Notes under the pieces: generated by a model
Seen by the model: the letters and a program-made list of their open reading frames with translations, nothing else
Told to the model about the DNA's origin: nothing
Databases searched by the model: none
Part shown: positions 25,810-37,640 of the stretch, piece by piece
Layout: every line of letters starts with the position of its first letter
How positions within the stretch are numbered: position 1 is the first letter of the stretch
Assembly (NCBI RefSeq): GCF_009914755.1
Contig: NC_060925.1
Strand: one strand, 5' to 3'
Length of the DNA stretch: 64,000 bases
DNA from: the human T2T-CHM13v2.0 reference genome, Homo sapiens
Translations under genes and position numbers: made by a program

Positions 25810-26292
25810 GAGTTCTCCTAATCCTCTCCCTTTGTGCCCCCTCCAGCCCCACAGGCCCTACCCTCTCCTGGCACATGCTGGGCACGCTCCTGCCTTGGAG
25901 CCTTGGTGCTCCTAATTCCCTTTGCCTGGGATGCTCCCTCTAGATGTCTGCAGGGCTCACTCTTGCTTCCTTCCAGTCTTCTCTCAGAAGTTACCCTATT
26001 AGCGAGGCCTTCTGTGGCTACTGTATCCATAATTTTGTCACTGACCCCTTCCTTTGATATCCCATTCCCTTGCTTTGATGTTTCTTTATAGCACTTATCC
26101 TTATCTAACACTGTATGTTTTTCTTATTAGTTTATGATCTGTTTCTCCCATGATCTGTTTCTCCCACTAGGATGTAAACTCCAGGAGGGCAGAGATTTCA
26201 TATTGCTTTGTTCACTACTGTATCCCAGCAGCTGGAATCCAGCCTGACACACAGTAGTTGCCCACCCCATATGCACTGAATGGATGAATGAA
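25810..26292 (+). mobile_element. L2a 3' end
   Basis: ctaggatgtaaactccaggagggcagagatt...gttcactactgtatcccag...tgaatggatgaatgaa. Confidence 0.8.
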
Positions 26293-26382
26293 GCAAACTC
26301 TCAAACCCGGCCTCTCCTCTCCATCTAAAAGTCACTCTCATTGTCTTTCCTTGCTGGGACCCTGCAACAGCCTCTTACCTGA

Positions 26383-26610
26383 TTCTCAGCCTCCTCTCGG
26401 ACCCCTCAGCTTCCTCCCTGACGATCAGCCTCCTCCCTGACCCCTCAGCTTCCTCCCTGACGCTCAGCTTCCTCCCTGACCCTTCAGCTTCCTCCCTGAC
26501 ACTCAGCCTACTCCCTGATCCCCAGCCTCTTCCTTAACCCTCAGTTCCCTGCCTGACCCCAACCTCCTCCCTGACCCCCAGCCTCCTCCCTGACACTTGG
26601 CCTCCTCCCC
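26383..26610 (+). repeat. C-rich minisatellite, 19-20 bp unit (acccctcagcttcctccctg), ~12 copies
   Basis: Direct reading; central copies alternate 20/19 bp. Confidence 0.9.
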
Positions 26611-28904
26611 TACTCCACAATCTCTTCTTTGGCTCAGAGCAATGTTTCCTCTATGGTAAATCTGACCATATTTTTTGACTTCTGGAAATTTCTTACTGTG
26701 TTCCCTTTCCTTTCTCTTGATTCTGTCTCTCCTGATCCTGTAAAACATAGATCTAAAATAACATACGTGCAGTGTCTGACCCACAGCGTGCACTTGTAAG
26801 TGGTAGTTCTCGCCACCCCTGATGACAGGGCCTCTGGACGGACGGTGCAATGAGGAGGGTGTGCTGGGTGTGGATGGCATGGGCAAGCAGCTGGGGGTGC
26901 AGTGGTGTAGAGTGAATGGACAGGGTGTGGCCAGGCCCTGCACACCAATTTTAGTAGGAGGATCCTGGGACGCCAGGTGAGAGGATTGGTTGGGATCAGA
27001 TCCCAGAAGGTATTGACTGTAAAAGTGAGAGCTCTGCCCCATTCTGCAGGCAATGGGAAACCTCTGTGAGCTCCTTCAACAAACTCAACATGTTGCCAAG
27101 CACTGATTGTGAGTAAGTGCTATAATGGGCACTCTCATGGGCAGGCTTCAATAGTATCCTGTACCAATCCGTAGACATCTGTATTACTGTCCCCATTCTA
27201 CATATGGGGAAACTAAAACACAAAAAGTTTGAATAATTTCCCCTAGGTAACCTTGGGAAACTAATACAGCGGGGAATTGAGCCCAGGCCCAGGAGACCCT
27301 AAATCTTTGTATCTTTTCACCATCCAGAGGCCTACTGCTCACCAGATGTGTGGATGAACAAACCTGAACAGCCTGGAGGCTGGTGATATCTACCCCCACA
27401 GCGCTTCTTCCTTGGTCCCCCAAGCAGGCTCCATAACTCCAAGACTTCACGCAGCCTTTTCTGAACTTGGAAGTCAAGAGAAAATTCACAGAACTTTGGA
27501 AAATACATTTTCTTTTAAGGAAGAATTTTTTGTTTTCATTTCAACAGCCCTGGCTGGTGATGAGGGGTGATGCGAGGTGCCCTGTTTTCCATCCTAACAC
27601 CTATTTCCAGGTGGGGGCAGGGAGGGCTCCAACCTGAAATGTTATTTCAAAACCTTTCCGGGCCTTGCAGCTCCATTTCCAGGCCACATGCTGCAAAGCA
27701 CGGCACGATTTCCCATTACGTGCTGTTGCCCTTTCTCGTCTGAGCACCTTTCAAAGTGGGAAGACCCAGCCTGCTGCAACACCCTCCCTCCTGTCCCCAT
27801 AAATTAAGTCTCACTGCCTGATGTGAGGCTTAAATAAATAGCCTTGCCCGGCACCCGATGGCCACACTCCTGATAGATGGGCTTGCCAAGAGCAGCAAAC
27901 TCAGCTCGCTCCTCCTTGCCCCTCCACAGAGAGAAGATGAAACTGGTGTTTTGCAAATGCTTCCTGCCTGCTTTCTGCCAGCCAAGGCACATTCCAAGAA
28001 GGAGCAGGCCAGCAAAGTCTTGTCATCTGACGGGGTGAGGACAGAGATGGATGATGCGCTCTTTGCCAGAGAAGGCCACGTTCAGACACTCCCAGATAGC
28101 CAGCTGCCACTTTATTAACAGCAAAGATCCCCATCTGAACGAGGCTGGGAAAGAAAATATTTATGCTTGCCTGTCAGGAGGACCTTCATTTTTCTTCTGG
28201 GGAGCCAGCCAGGGTGCTAGTCCAGGGATGGAGGAGTGTGACGTGCCTATGGGGTTGCCCCAGGCCCTTCTGCATCCCAGGGTTGATGGAGAGTCCAGAA
28301 TGTTCCCAGGGCAGCTCTGGATGGGGTCGGGAGGTTTCAGAAGAGCTGGATATAGGGAGTTCAGGGCCTGAGAAAGCAGAACACACCCTGGCACCTGTTA
28401 ACTGCAAACAAGAGGACCTGGGTGGGGGAGTGGGTGCTACAGTTAGAAATCAGTGGCAAATAGGCCATTAAATGATCTCATTATTAATTAAAAACACATA
28501 GCAGCATGCATCTGATAAGAAACTTTGTACTAAGGATAAAATAATTTTGTATTGGCAGAAAATATCAACACTGGAGCAGAGCTTATCATTTAAGCTGGGC
28601 ATATATTAAAATCAGTTTATATTATTACTCTTCTCATGGTCATTATTTTGAACAAAAGTTGAAAACCAGTTCTTTAACGGTTTCAGAGATGCCTGTGAAT
28701 CTGCACTTGGGAAGACCTTGCCACACTCTGGGAGACAGCTGTACCCAATTACAGTAAGTGAGTCATAAGGTGCTAGGCTGAACAAGTCCCGCGCCCTAGG
28801 GAATGGAGGCTTTGGCCTCACTGGAGTGCCAGGATTGTTCTCTTAGACCCTACTGAGGTTCCTCTCCCCCAGCTCTGAATGCTGGATTATTTATGATCCC
28901 GATG

Positions 28905-29120
28905 GAGCATGCACATTGGAGTCAGCAGACCTGAGTTCAAATCCCAGCTCTACCGCTTAGCAGCTGTGCAATCAACCCTGAACACCTTATTCATTTTAGC
29001 CTCCTGTTTTATAAAATGGAGCTAATAAATGTCTCCCTCTTGGGGCTGTCCTGAGAATAAAGTGAGAGGAAGTCTGTGAAATGCTCGCCACGGTAAGAGT
29101 TGCATACATAAGAGGCAGCA
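28905..29120 (+). mobile_element. MIR
   Basis: ttggagtcagcagacctgagttcaaatcccagctctaccgcttagcagctgtg. Confidence 0.75.
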
Positions 29121-29235
29121 GTAATGGGAGCAGTGCGCACACATTCCACTATGTCTCTAGGAGTGTAGCAATAATTTTCATTGATGTGTGACTGAATATG
29201 AGCAAATGTGTGCAAGCACCATTCCTAGTGCATAT

Positions 29236-29611
29236 CTGTTTAAGTCTGCTCAGGCTGCTATGACAAAATACTATAGACTGAGTGGCTTAAACAACAGACA
29301 TTTATTTCTCATAGTTTTGGAGGCTGTGAAGTCCAAGATCAAGGTGCCAGCAACTTTGGTTTCTGGTGAGGACTTTTTCTGGCTTGTGTGTGGCCACTTT
29401 CTCCCTGTATCCTCAAGTGGGAGGGGAGAGAGAGAGAGCGCGCGCGCGAGAGAGAGAGATCTTATAAAAACACTAATCCCATCATAGGGTCCCACCCTCA
29501 AGACTTGATCTAAACCTAATTACCTCCCAAGGGCCCAACCCCAGATACCATCACATTGGGGGTTAGGGCTTTGACATGTGAATTTTAGGGGAGCACATTC
29601 AGTCCATAACA
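29236..29611 (-). mobile_element. MLT1A-like solo LTR with internal (GA)n(GC)n(GA)n
   Basis: gctcaggctgctatgacaaaatac...gaagtccaagatcaaggtgccagca...cattcagtccataaca. Confidence 0.85.
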
Positions 29612-31204
29612 GTATCTACATCTGATATCTGTATAGTTCATATCTCTATCAGCTGGTGAACCTGTATATTGTATAGGTGTTATTGTCTACTTATGGAGGT
29701 ATGGAGGTTTATAGATATTGTGTACACCTCTATGTATGGACCTTTCTACACATGAGAGTGTACCAGAGGTTAAAACCAAGGGCTCAGACTACAGGTGTGT
29801 GTAGCATGTGTACACGTGTGTATACAAGCATGGGAAGGGCATGACTTGGGCTACAGTAGGCAGCTACCCCTCAGCCCAGTATGGCAAGTCTCCTGCTCCC
29901 ACCAGCCCATAGCACTGCCAAAGGGACCCAGGCAGAGGGACTCAGAGGTTCACTAGGACTGGGGATCTGTCAAGCCTGAGATCCTCAGCTGCAGGTACCT
30001 GAGGATTTGTCTGTGCTGTGGCAGAGCCCCTGCCCTTGAGGGTGCAGTTTGCCTGGGGAGGGGACATGGAGCCTGTCCTTGATATTATGGGAACTTTATT
30101 AGCTCATCTTCATCCAGTGTGGGACCCATCTTCATCTATTCAAATGGATCATTTTTCTCATTGAGAGCCTTCCAAGCTCCAGCTCAAATGACATTTGCTT
30201 AGCAATTGGCCTGTTTGAAAAAGCCGACATATTGGAGTTGAGGCATGCACAGGCTGCACCATCTTTCCAAGCTGGGGGTGCAGGGAGACAGACCCACGGG
30301 AGAGGGTAGAGGGAGGTGGGGGCATTCAGTTGGTCAAGAATCCCGCGGAAACAGGCAAACACATTATCCACTCCAACACAGGCAATTTTTTCCCCAGGGT
30401 AGCTAATTAGCAGGCAGCTGCACGGGCTCTCTACTTGACTTGCAGAATTAGAATGCTCAGCACAGAGATCTGTGTTTATGCTCAAAATCTGTTGTCCCTC
30501 TTCTCCAATCAGGAGAGGAGCTCTGTCAGCTCTGGAGCCAAGAGATTGCTCAACTGGCATTTCAGGGGCCTGATGGGCTCCTCCTCCAGAGAAACTTCTT
30601 CCCTGTTGGAGGCTTCAGAAAATGGCAAGCCCATCAATGAAGGCACAGGACACATCCACACAAGCACAAATATTTCCTCATTTACATAAACGTGACACAA
30701 AGGCACAGTCACACACATTTGCCCAGAAGCATAGGCACCCACCCCCAGAGACACATGTGTGTAGCATATGCACCTTCACAGCTTCTGGGAACATATGTGT
30801 AAGGGTACACACACAGAGAAATTGCTTAAATCTACAGAAACAAAAATTCTCAGAAACCAGCATCAGTGATTCTCAATTGGAATCTCAGAATCAGAGACGA
30901 GATCACATAAGAATGATAGGTATAAGATATCTGACACTGGATTCAGAAATTATATGAGAATCAGAATTCTCAAATCAGAATCACCAGGGAGCTTTGTATA
31001 AATACTCATATTGGGTTCCTCCAGAATCTGGTAAGTCATCAAGTGAGACATGGTAGTAGCCATGTGAATTTTGAAAGGCTCACTTGTGTAATGAAAACAG
31101 AACATTTTTATTATTAAAAATAAAATTAAATGGCTCATCCCTATTAAGGTGAAGAATAATTTGATTTGGTGAGAACTGTTATGATTTAAAAAAATTTTTC
31201 TAAT

Positions 31205-31501
31205 TTTAGTTTTTTTGAGACAGGGTCGTGCTCTGTTGCCCAGGCTGGAGTACAGTGGCATAATCTTGGCTTAGTGCAACCTCTGCTTCCTGGGCTCAAC
31301 TGATGCTCTCATTTCAGCCTCTCAAAAAGCTGGGACTACAGGCCCACACCACCACACCTGGTTAATTTTTGAATCTTTTTTGGTAGAGATGGGGTTTTGG
31401 CATGTTGTCCAGGCTGGTCTCAAACTACTGGGCTCAAGCAATCCTTCAGCCTCGGCCTCCCAAAATGCTAAGATTACAGGCCTGATCTACTGTTCCCAGT
31501 C
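31205..31501 (-). mobile_element. AluJ
   Basis: gagacagggtc, ctgggctcaagcaatcct (J diagnostics), high divergence. Confidence 0.9.
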
Positions 31502-33023
31502 GTGATTTTTTTTTTAAAGTGATGGCATTCTTGTTTTGTTGTTTCAAGAACAGAATAACTTGAAGCTGGAACTTCCCTGGTGGATGTCTTTATGTCATTT
31601 AAAACAGATAGGAACAGTGACAAATACAACTCGTCCAGGAGATTTTGTTTCCATTACAGGTGTTTCAGACTCACTGTCTAAATAGGGAGGGCCTCTGGTT
31701 CCACCTTTCCTGCTACAGATAGGGAAACTGAGGTCCAGGTAGGACGAGCTACTGCTTGAAGTCATAGAGCCATTAGTGATTTCTGTGAGTAAATGTATAC
31801 AGAGCACACAGTAAGTGGTCAATAAATGTTAGCTACTATATTACTATTATTGTTATCATCATAAGTTATTATGATTAGCAGAGCAAGACTAAGACTCCAG
31901 AACTCCTTCTCCCTCTGGTTTATGGGCTCAAGATCTCTCTCCCAGTTGAGAAGACACTGAAGGTGAAGTAGAAATCTGGGCCCCCACCCAGTCCTATCTT
32001 CTGTAATTAAGCCTAGTGGATGTACTCCAGTTCTTCCAGTTTCCAGAGAAAAAGGCTAAGGAAGGTTGTTAGGAATAAGTGGGGGCGGGGAGAGGGGGCA
32101 GCATGATGAAACTTTGAAGGGAGGTCCTGTCTTGGTGAGGGGCTTCAAAAGGCAGCAGCCTACTTGTGCAACCTTGGGAGAGGCCAGCCTTTGGAGACAC
32201 CATCTTTGATTAGCATGGGCAGGACACAGCAGCTGCAGGTCGTGGGGCTGGCAGCACCCTTTCTGCCTTCAGTTCCCTGGGGAGTCTCTTCAGGTCAAGG
32301 AAATCTTTGGTTCTAACCACTTCTCCGAGCCAGGACTGCTGGGTGGTCTAGGGGCAGGAGGGCAGAATGAGGGTGGGTCAGGGCAGGCCTCTGGTGCAAC
32401 AAGGGGTGTGGGGTGGAAGACTTGGGATGGGGGGAGGTGGAATCGATGTGAGTGGGGTGGGGACGGGGAGGGCTGGCGCAAAAGGAGAGTTGAGGTCAGC
32501 GTTGGGAAAGTTTGTGGGGGGGGGGTGGGGAGGGAGTAGGCGGGACCAGCAGATGCCAGAACGCTAAAAGGGTCCAGGGGACCCGGTAGGGGTCCATGAC
32601 AGGGTGGAGAGGAGACTCCCTTCCCCCCAGATCCCGCTGTCCCAGGTGGCTAGCAGGAGGGGTACACCGCGAGTCACTGAGCTCCCCCTACATTTTGCGT
32701 CTGAGGCTCCAGAACATGTGGCCGACACACCCCTACTCCCAAAGGGCTGTCATTTGGAACGTATTTGCAGACACATGGCTTGTTTTTAAGTTAATGCTTT
32801 TTAATTCACTGTTTCCCAGTTGTCGTTTTTTATTGCAAAGGCGGATTCTGCCCGTGTGTGTTCCTTTGCGGGGGCGGGGGATGGGGGTAGCTTCGCGGGC
32901 AAAGATCCGATGAGAGAGAGGCAGAGAAAATGAGAGGCAGAGACAGAGGCAAAGGCACAGCGAGACACCGGGGAAACGGGGAAGCAGGTCAGAGAGGAAG
33001 AGAGAGACAGGCCGGAAGAGACT

Positions 33024-33200
33024 GTGCCCAGGAGCCTGGACAAGGGATGCCGTGCCCAGCAGCCTGGACAAGGGATGCCGTGCCCAGGAGCCTGGACAAG
33101 GGATGCCGTGCCCAGGAGCCTGGACAAGGGATGCCGTGCCCAGGAGCCTGGACAAGGGATGCCGTGCCCAGGAGCCTGGACAAGGGATGCCGTGCCCAGG
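33024..33200 (+). repeat. 28-bp VNTR (gtgcccaggagcctggacaagggatgcc) x6.3
   Basis: Units start 33024, 33052, 33080, 33108, 33136, 33164, partial 33192; one variant base (33060). Confidence 0.97.
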
Positions 33201-33209
33201 GAGGGGAAG

Positions 33210-35450
33210 GCCAGGGGCCGCTCTAGCGGCGAGGGGCGGAGGGTGTGCTGAGAAACCCGGCTCCGGGGACCTAGGCTGACGCCCCCATCTCCGCCTAAGG
33301 CCCCTGGGGCTGAGCTTGCTTCCCCCTGGCTCTCTGGTTCCTTTCCGAGTGGAGGAGGGTGAACTGGCCCTTGGGAGAGGGCTGGAGGGACGCGGCGGGA
33401 ACGGGCTGAGTACGCAGCACCCGGGTCGGCAAGGGCTGGGGTTCTGAGATCAGAGAGAAAAGAGGACCTGGGAGTCGGAGGCGATCTCCCTGGCCCCAGC
33501 CGACCCTCTGAGCTCTAGCGAGCCTGAATCCGGCTCTGGGGGTGGCGCCCCCCGCCTGCTGCGGCTCCCGGGGCCAGCGCCCTAACCTTTCAGAGCCTGG
33601 CCCTGCCACCTGTAGAAGGAAGGCGCGCTGGTGGCCCGTTCAAGCAGGCAGTGGCAGCACCGGGGGCCTTCTAGAAGGGACGAAACGGCTCAGGGGCCGG
33701 GGAAACTTGTTTGGCTTGACAACGCCTGGGCTGGGCGGTTACAGCAGCAATCCCGGGATTCTTGGCCCCGGGGGGTCCTGTTTACGCAGGACTCGCGGCA
33801 GACTGGAGGGAGTGGGGCGCTAGAGCTTCCTTCCTTAGCAGCTGAGAACCATTTCATCCCCACCACCGCTATCCTGAGACCCCCTCCTCTCCCCATCTGC
33901 GTCGGCTTCCCGCGAACCTTCCCCGGCGGCATCTTCAAACACACAGCGGCGGACACACAAAGACGCTCGCGAGCCAGCACTAGTGTAGGCACTCGGGCAC
34001 ACACAGATACACGACGCAAGGTCCCGGGGACTCGGATGGAGCCGCAGTGTCCCCGGCCCGGGCGGAGAGGGCTCGCGCGTAGGGGCAGCTGCTCCCGGGC
34101 CGCTCTCACACCGGGCGCGCGGCTCTCAAGCCGGGAGCTGGCGAGCTGAAAGCCCGGGATAATTAGCGCTAATTACATGTGTGCAAACAGCCGCGGCAGA
34201 GGGCGCGGGCTAGGCCGCGGGGCCGCCCCTCCCCCGGCCTGACCCTGGCAGTCCCACCGCAGTGGAGGGGCTCTGCTGGCGCAGCTCGAGCCGACCGCTA
34301 GGGGAGAGCGCGCAGGAGCACCCACGAGACCCGGGAATCGGGGTGCGCCGTCAGTGCCCAGAGCCACCGAGCCCCGACCACACACGCGGGCGCGCGTTGC
34401 GGCCCGGCAATCTCGGGATGGCGGGTTACAGTCGGGCCAGAGGCTGAGCCCAGAACTGGGGGCCGAACACCCGCTGCCCTTCGCTGCCCTTCAGCGGGGA
34501 CCGGGCGGGGTGGGGCTGAGCATTCTGGCCCCTAGGCTTCTCCGACTGTTTTGGCCTCCGGAGCAACCCGGTGTCTGCGGAAGATTGGAAGCGACTCTCC
34601 AGCACCCCGCCGCCGAGGCCCGCTCTCCCAGGCCATGCCGGCTGGCGCCGAGGCCGCGGGACCTGGAAGGGTCGGAGTCTGGTGCTGGTGCCGGAAGGCC
34701 AGCCAGTCTCTGTCCGGATGAGCCACATGATCCCAGAAAGAGCAGCCTGAGCCTTAGTCTGCGCGCCCAAAAAATGAGAATGCAGAGACCATTCATACCT
34801 CGCTGGAGGGGCTTCAGATGCTGAGTACACGGGGGTGGGGGCGGGGAGAGCAGGAGAAAGGGCTTTACATGAATCCTAACGTGTGAATGTTTGCACTGAG
34901 AGCCAGACTTAGCCATCTCTTTTTATGGGCCTAGGTGCCTGCGGCGGGCTGGCTTGGCGTGGCGGCAGATAATTATATTCCTATAATTATAAATGAAGCT
35001 CAGAGAGGCCAAACGTCTCACAAGAGGTCACACAGCAGTAAGAGGCAGCTGGTTTTTCTGACTTCAAATTTCAAGTTCAGACTGCACAACTCTCCGCCAT
35101 CCCTCCCGGACGCCCCTGGAACCCCACGCACCTCCAGGCCCTGAGCGAAGCCTGGAAGCTGCGGGGCGAAGCGGAGCGCGAGAGAGGTTGCGCTCTGCGG
35201 GTCGGGCAGCCGGGGCTCGCTGCAGGCCCATGGCGCCCTCTTGCGTTCGTGGCCGGAGGCGCAGGCGGCTGCTGGGCTGACCCGTGTCCCGCGGTCCTGC
35301 TGGACTTGGACGCGGCATCTGACTCCTCTCTCTCAATGATTGCGCAGGCGAGGATCGATTAGCTGCGGAGAGGGTGACCTGAGACCACACGAGGATGCAT
35401 TTTGTATACCGTACGCTTTGTATGCTGTAAAGCACATGGGACACCCAGTC
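33210..35450. promoter_or_regulatory. CpG island 1 (orphan; promoter/enhancer/Polycomb-type)
   Basis: High GC, abundant CpG (gcgcgc, ccgcgg), GC boxes; essentially repeat-free. Confidence 0.85.
35231..35248 (-). promoter_or_regulatory. CTCF-like motif
   Basis: Reverse strand reads gaACGCAAGAGGGCGCca, near CCASYAGRKGGCRS. Confidence 0.4.
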
Positions 35451-35689
35451 ACAGCGTTTGAACACCACGGTAGTTTTCCACTCGCTTCCACCCCGTCCTT
35501 GATTTTTTACAGGAGTCCTGTAAGGCCAGCAGGGCAATAATTATTATTCCCACTATACAGATGGGGCAACCGAAGCAGGCCCAAGGCCACTCGCTGGCGA
35601 GTAGCGGAGCCAGCACCCAGACTGGATCTGCTTCCCCCCTCACGTGCACCCGGCTCCCAGGCTAGGGTCTGGCTCTCACCGAGGTTTAA

Positions 35690-35830
35690 GGAAGAGGGCT
35701 TTGGAGTCAGACAGACTCGGGTTCAAATTCTAGTCTAGAACAGGCTGTGAGGTCTCAGACAAACTACAGAACATTTTTGGGTCTCAGTTCTGAATCTGTA
35801 AAACCGGGAGGACCCCGCCTCTTAGGACTG
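35690..35830 (+). mobile_element. MIR
   Basis: ggctttggagtcagacagactcgggttcaaattc. Confidence 0.7.
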
Positions 35831-36315
35831 TTGGGGGAGGGGTGAATTACGAACCAGGGCCAGGCGACTGGAGCACTGAGTCCAGCGCGGGGTACCAGCG
35901 CCATGGCTGCTTTAATCAGGGAGGATGGCATTTGGTGTGACTACTCCAGCTGGTGGTGGGTGGGCGGCAAACCGAGGATTACATACCTCCGTGGCTAACC
36001 AGAGAACCGAGAGCTCAGGGTTGGGGCTGCTGCTGGGACATGAGCCCAGCACTGTGTTGCCGGCTGCCCACAGTCCTGCAATTCAGCAACTTTTCTCCAG
36101 GGCCTTGGACAGGTTCTGGGAGGCCTCCTCCTCCTTACAGGTGGGGACACAGACCCCGAGATGAAAGCTGTAACCTTCCCCATCTGCAAGACCCGGAGTC
36201 TAGGGCTGTCTTCAGAGCCAACAAAAACCAGTGTGGGGAAGGTGGGGCTTCCTGAGATCTAGCTGGGGAGACAGGTGCCTGGCTGCAGGTGCAGGGAGTT
36301 GGTGCAGTTTGAGCC

Positions 36316-36471
36316 CAGTGGTTCTCAAACTGCTGGAGCATCAGAATCAACTAGAAGCCTTGCTAAAACACTTGCTAAGCCCCTTCCCCTAGGGTTCCGA
36401 CACATTAGTTCTGGTGTGGGGCAGGAGAATCAGCAGTTCCCAGGTGATGCATGACACTTTGACAGTCACTG
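36316..36471 (-). mobile_element. MER5A (hAT-Charlie)
   Basis: cagtggttctcaaact...catcagaatca...gttcccaggtgatgc...cactg. Confidence 0.8.
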
Positions 36472-37419
36472 CTCTAACCCTTCAGAGAACTTCCTCTGAG
36501 GCTTCTCAGTTCACCAGCTCCACATTCACACTACCTCTGTCTGGGCTGCTCTTATTCTGGTCAGTTTCACAGAACATTTCTGGGCTGGCCCTCAGCATCA
36601 ACAGAAGCAATGCGGCTGGGCCTCCAAGCCCCCTTCCTCTTGGTCCCTTCACACCTGTGGCTCAGAGGAGAACGACTTCTACAACTGCCAGATAGGACAG
36701 TCAGGCCAACTTTCTGGAGGAGAACTGAACTTGAAGATCTGCTGGAGGGGAGTTAGGGCCACAGCCTGGCCAGGGAGTGAAAGGTGAACACTGAGCCAAA
36801 GTCAGACCCTCCGATGGTTGCATGCATCTAGTCAGCAGGGACTTAGGGTCCTGGCTCTAATCCTTCTGGTGGAACACTCACAGCCCAGCGCTGGAAACAG
36901 GGGTGAAGGGGATGGCAATAAGCACTCAAATGAATGAACCGCTGCCAGCCAGGCAGGCCAGGCCCAGGTGGCAGAAAAGTCCTTCAGATGGTGGTTCAAA
37001 CAGGAGTACGGCAGGGGGCCACAGTAGCTGCCCTTCCTGCCTTGGTTTCTCCATCTGAGGAATGCACGTCATGTGTTTGCTGTTTCCCTGACCTTCCCAA
37101 GCTGCCAGCAGGATAATATATGGAAATTGCTTTGACCTCCTGAGAAAAGAGGGTCTCCAGGAATAGAAAGTTCAGCTGCTAATCCCGTCCCCCCAGACTT
37201 CCCACTAATTCCGGCTTCCGATGTCAGCCTGGCAGGTTGAGTTTAGCAAAAGAAAGAACAACTTAGAGGGCTGATGGTTTTTCTAATGGCCCCAGTTCTC
37301 CAAACACACCCACACACAATACACATGCACACACAGCCTGGTCACAGACCTCCCCACATGCACAGCCTTCCCTACCCTCGCTCACACACGCACCTCCCGC
37401 GGAGCAGTCATAATTGTAG

Positions 37420-37640
37420 AGAATAATTAGAACTAACATTTGCACAGCGCCCTGCCATTAACAAAGCAGTCCCACCCAGCACTTTCATTTAATCCTCACA
37501 ACCACCCGAGAGGCAGGGATTATTGCTATTATTAACTGAGGCTCAGCAAGGTTAAGTGACTTGCCTAAGGTCACTCAGCTAGTAGGTGACAGGCATGGAT
37601 CCAACTTGGGTCTCCTGACTCCAAATGTTATTCTCTTGCT
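37420..37640 (-). mobile_element. MIR
   Basis: aactgaggctcagcaaggttaagtgacttgcctaaggtcactcagctagt. Confidence 0.8.

Noticed and set aside
31640-31745. Possible ~80-nt exon (ttacAG...cag|GTAGGA)
   Set aside because: Weak donor lying in MIR-like sequence; such pairs occur often by chance.
32733-33279. Overlapping repeat-peptide ORFs in all six frames, and a CRISPR-like look
   Set aside because: Caused by a stop-free 28-bp VNTR; head-to-tail units with no unique spacers; no cas genes; eukaryotic context.
33295-35537. Several 100-170 aa ORFs in CpG island 1 (and 49330-50194 near island 2)
   Set aside because: Stop-codon depletion from high GC; R/P/G/A-rich, no homeobox, forkhead or other domain.
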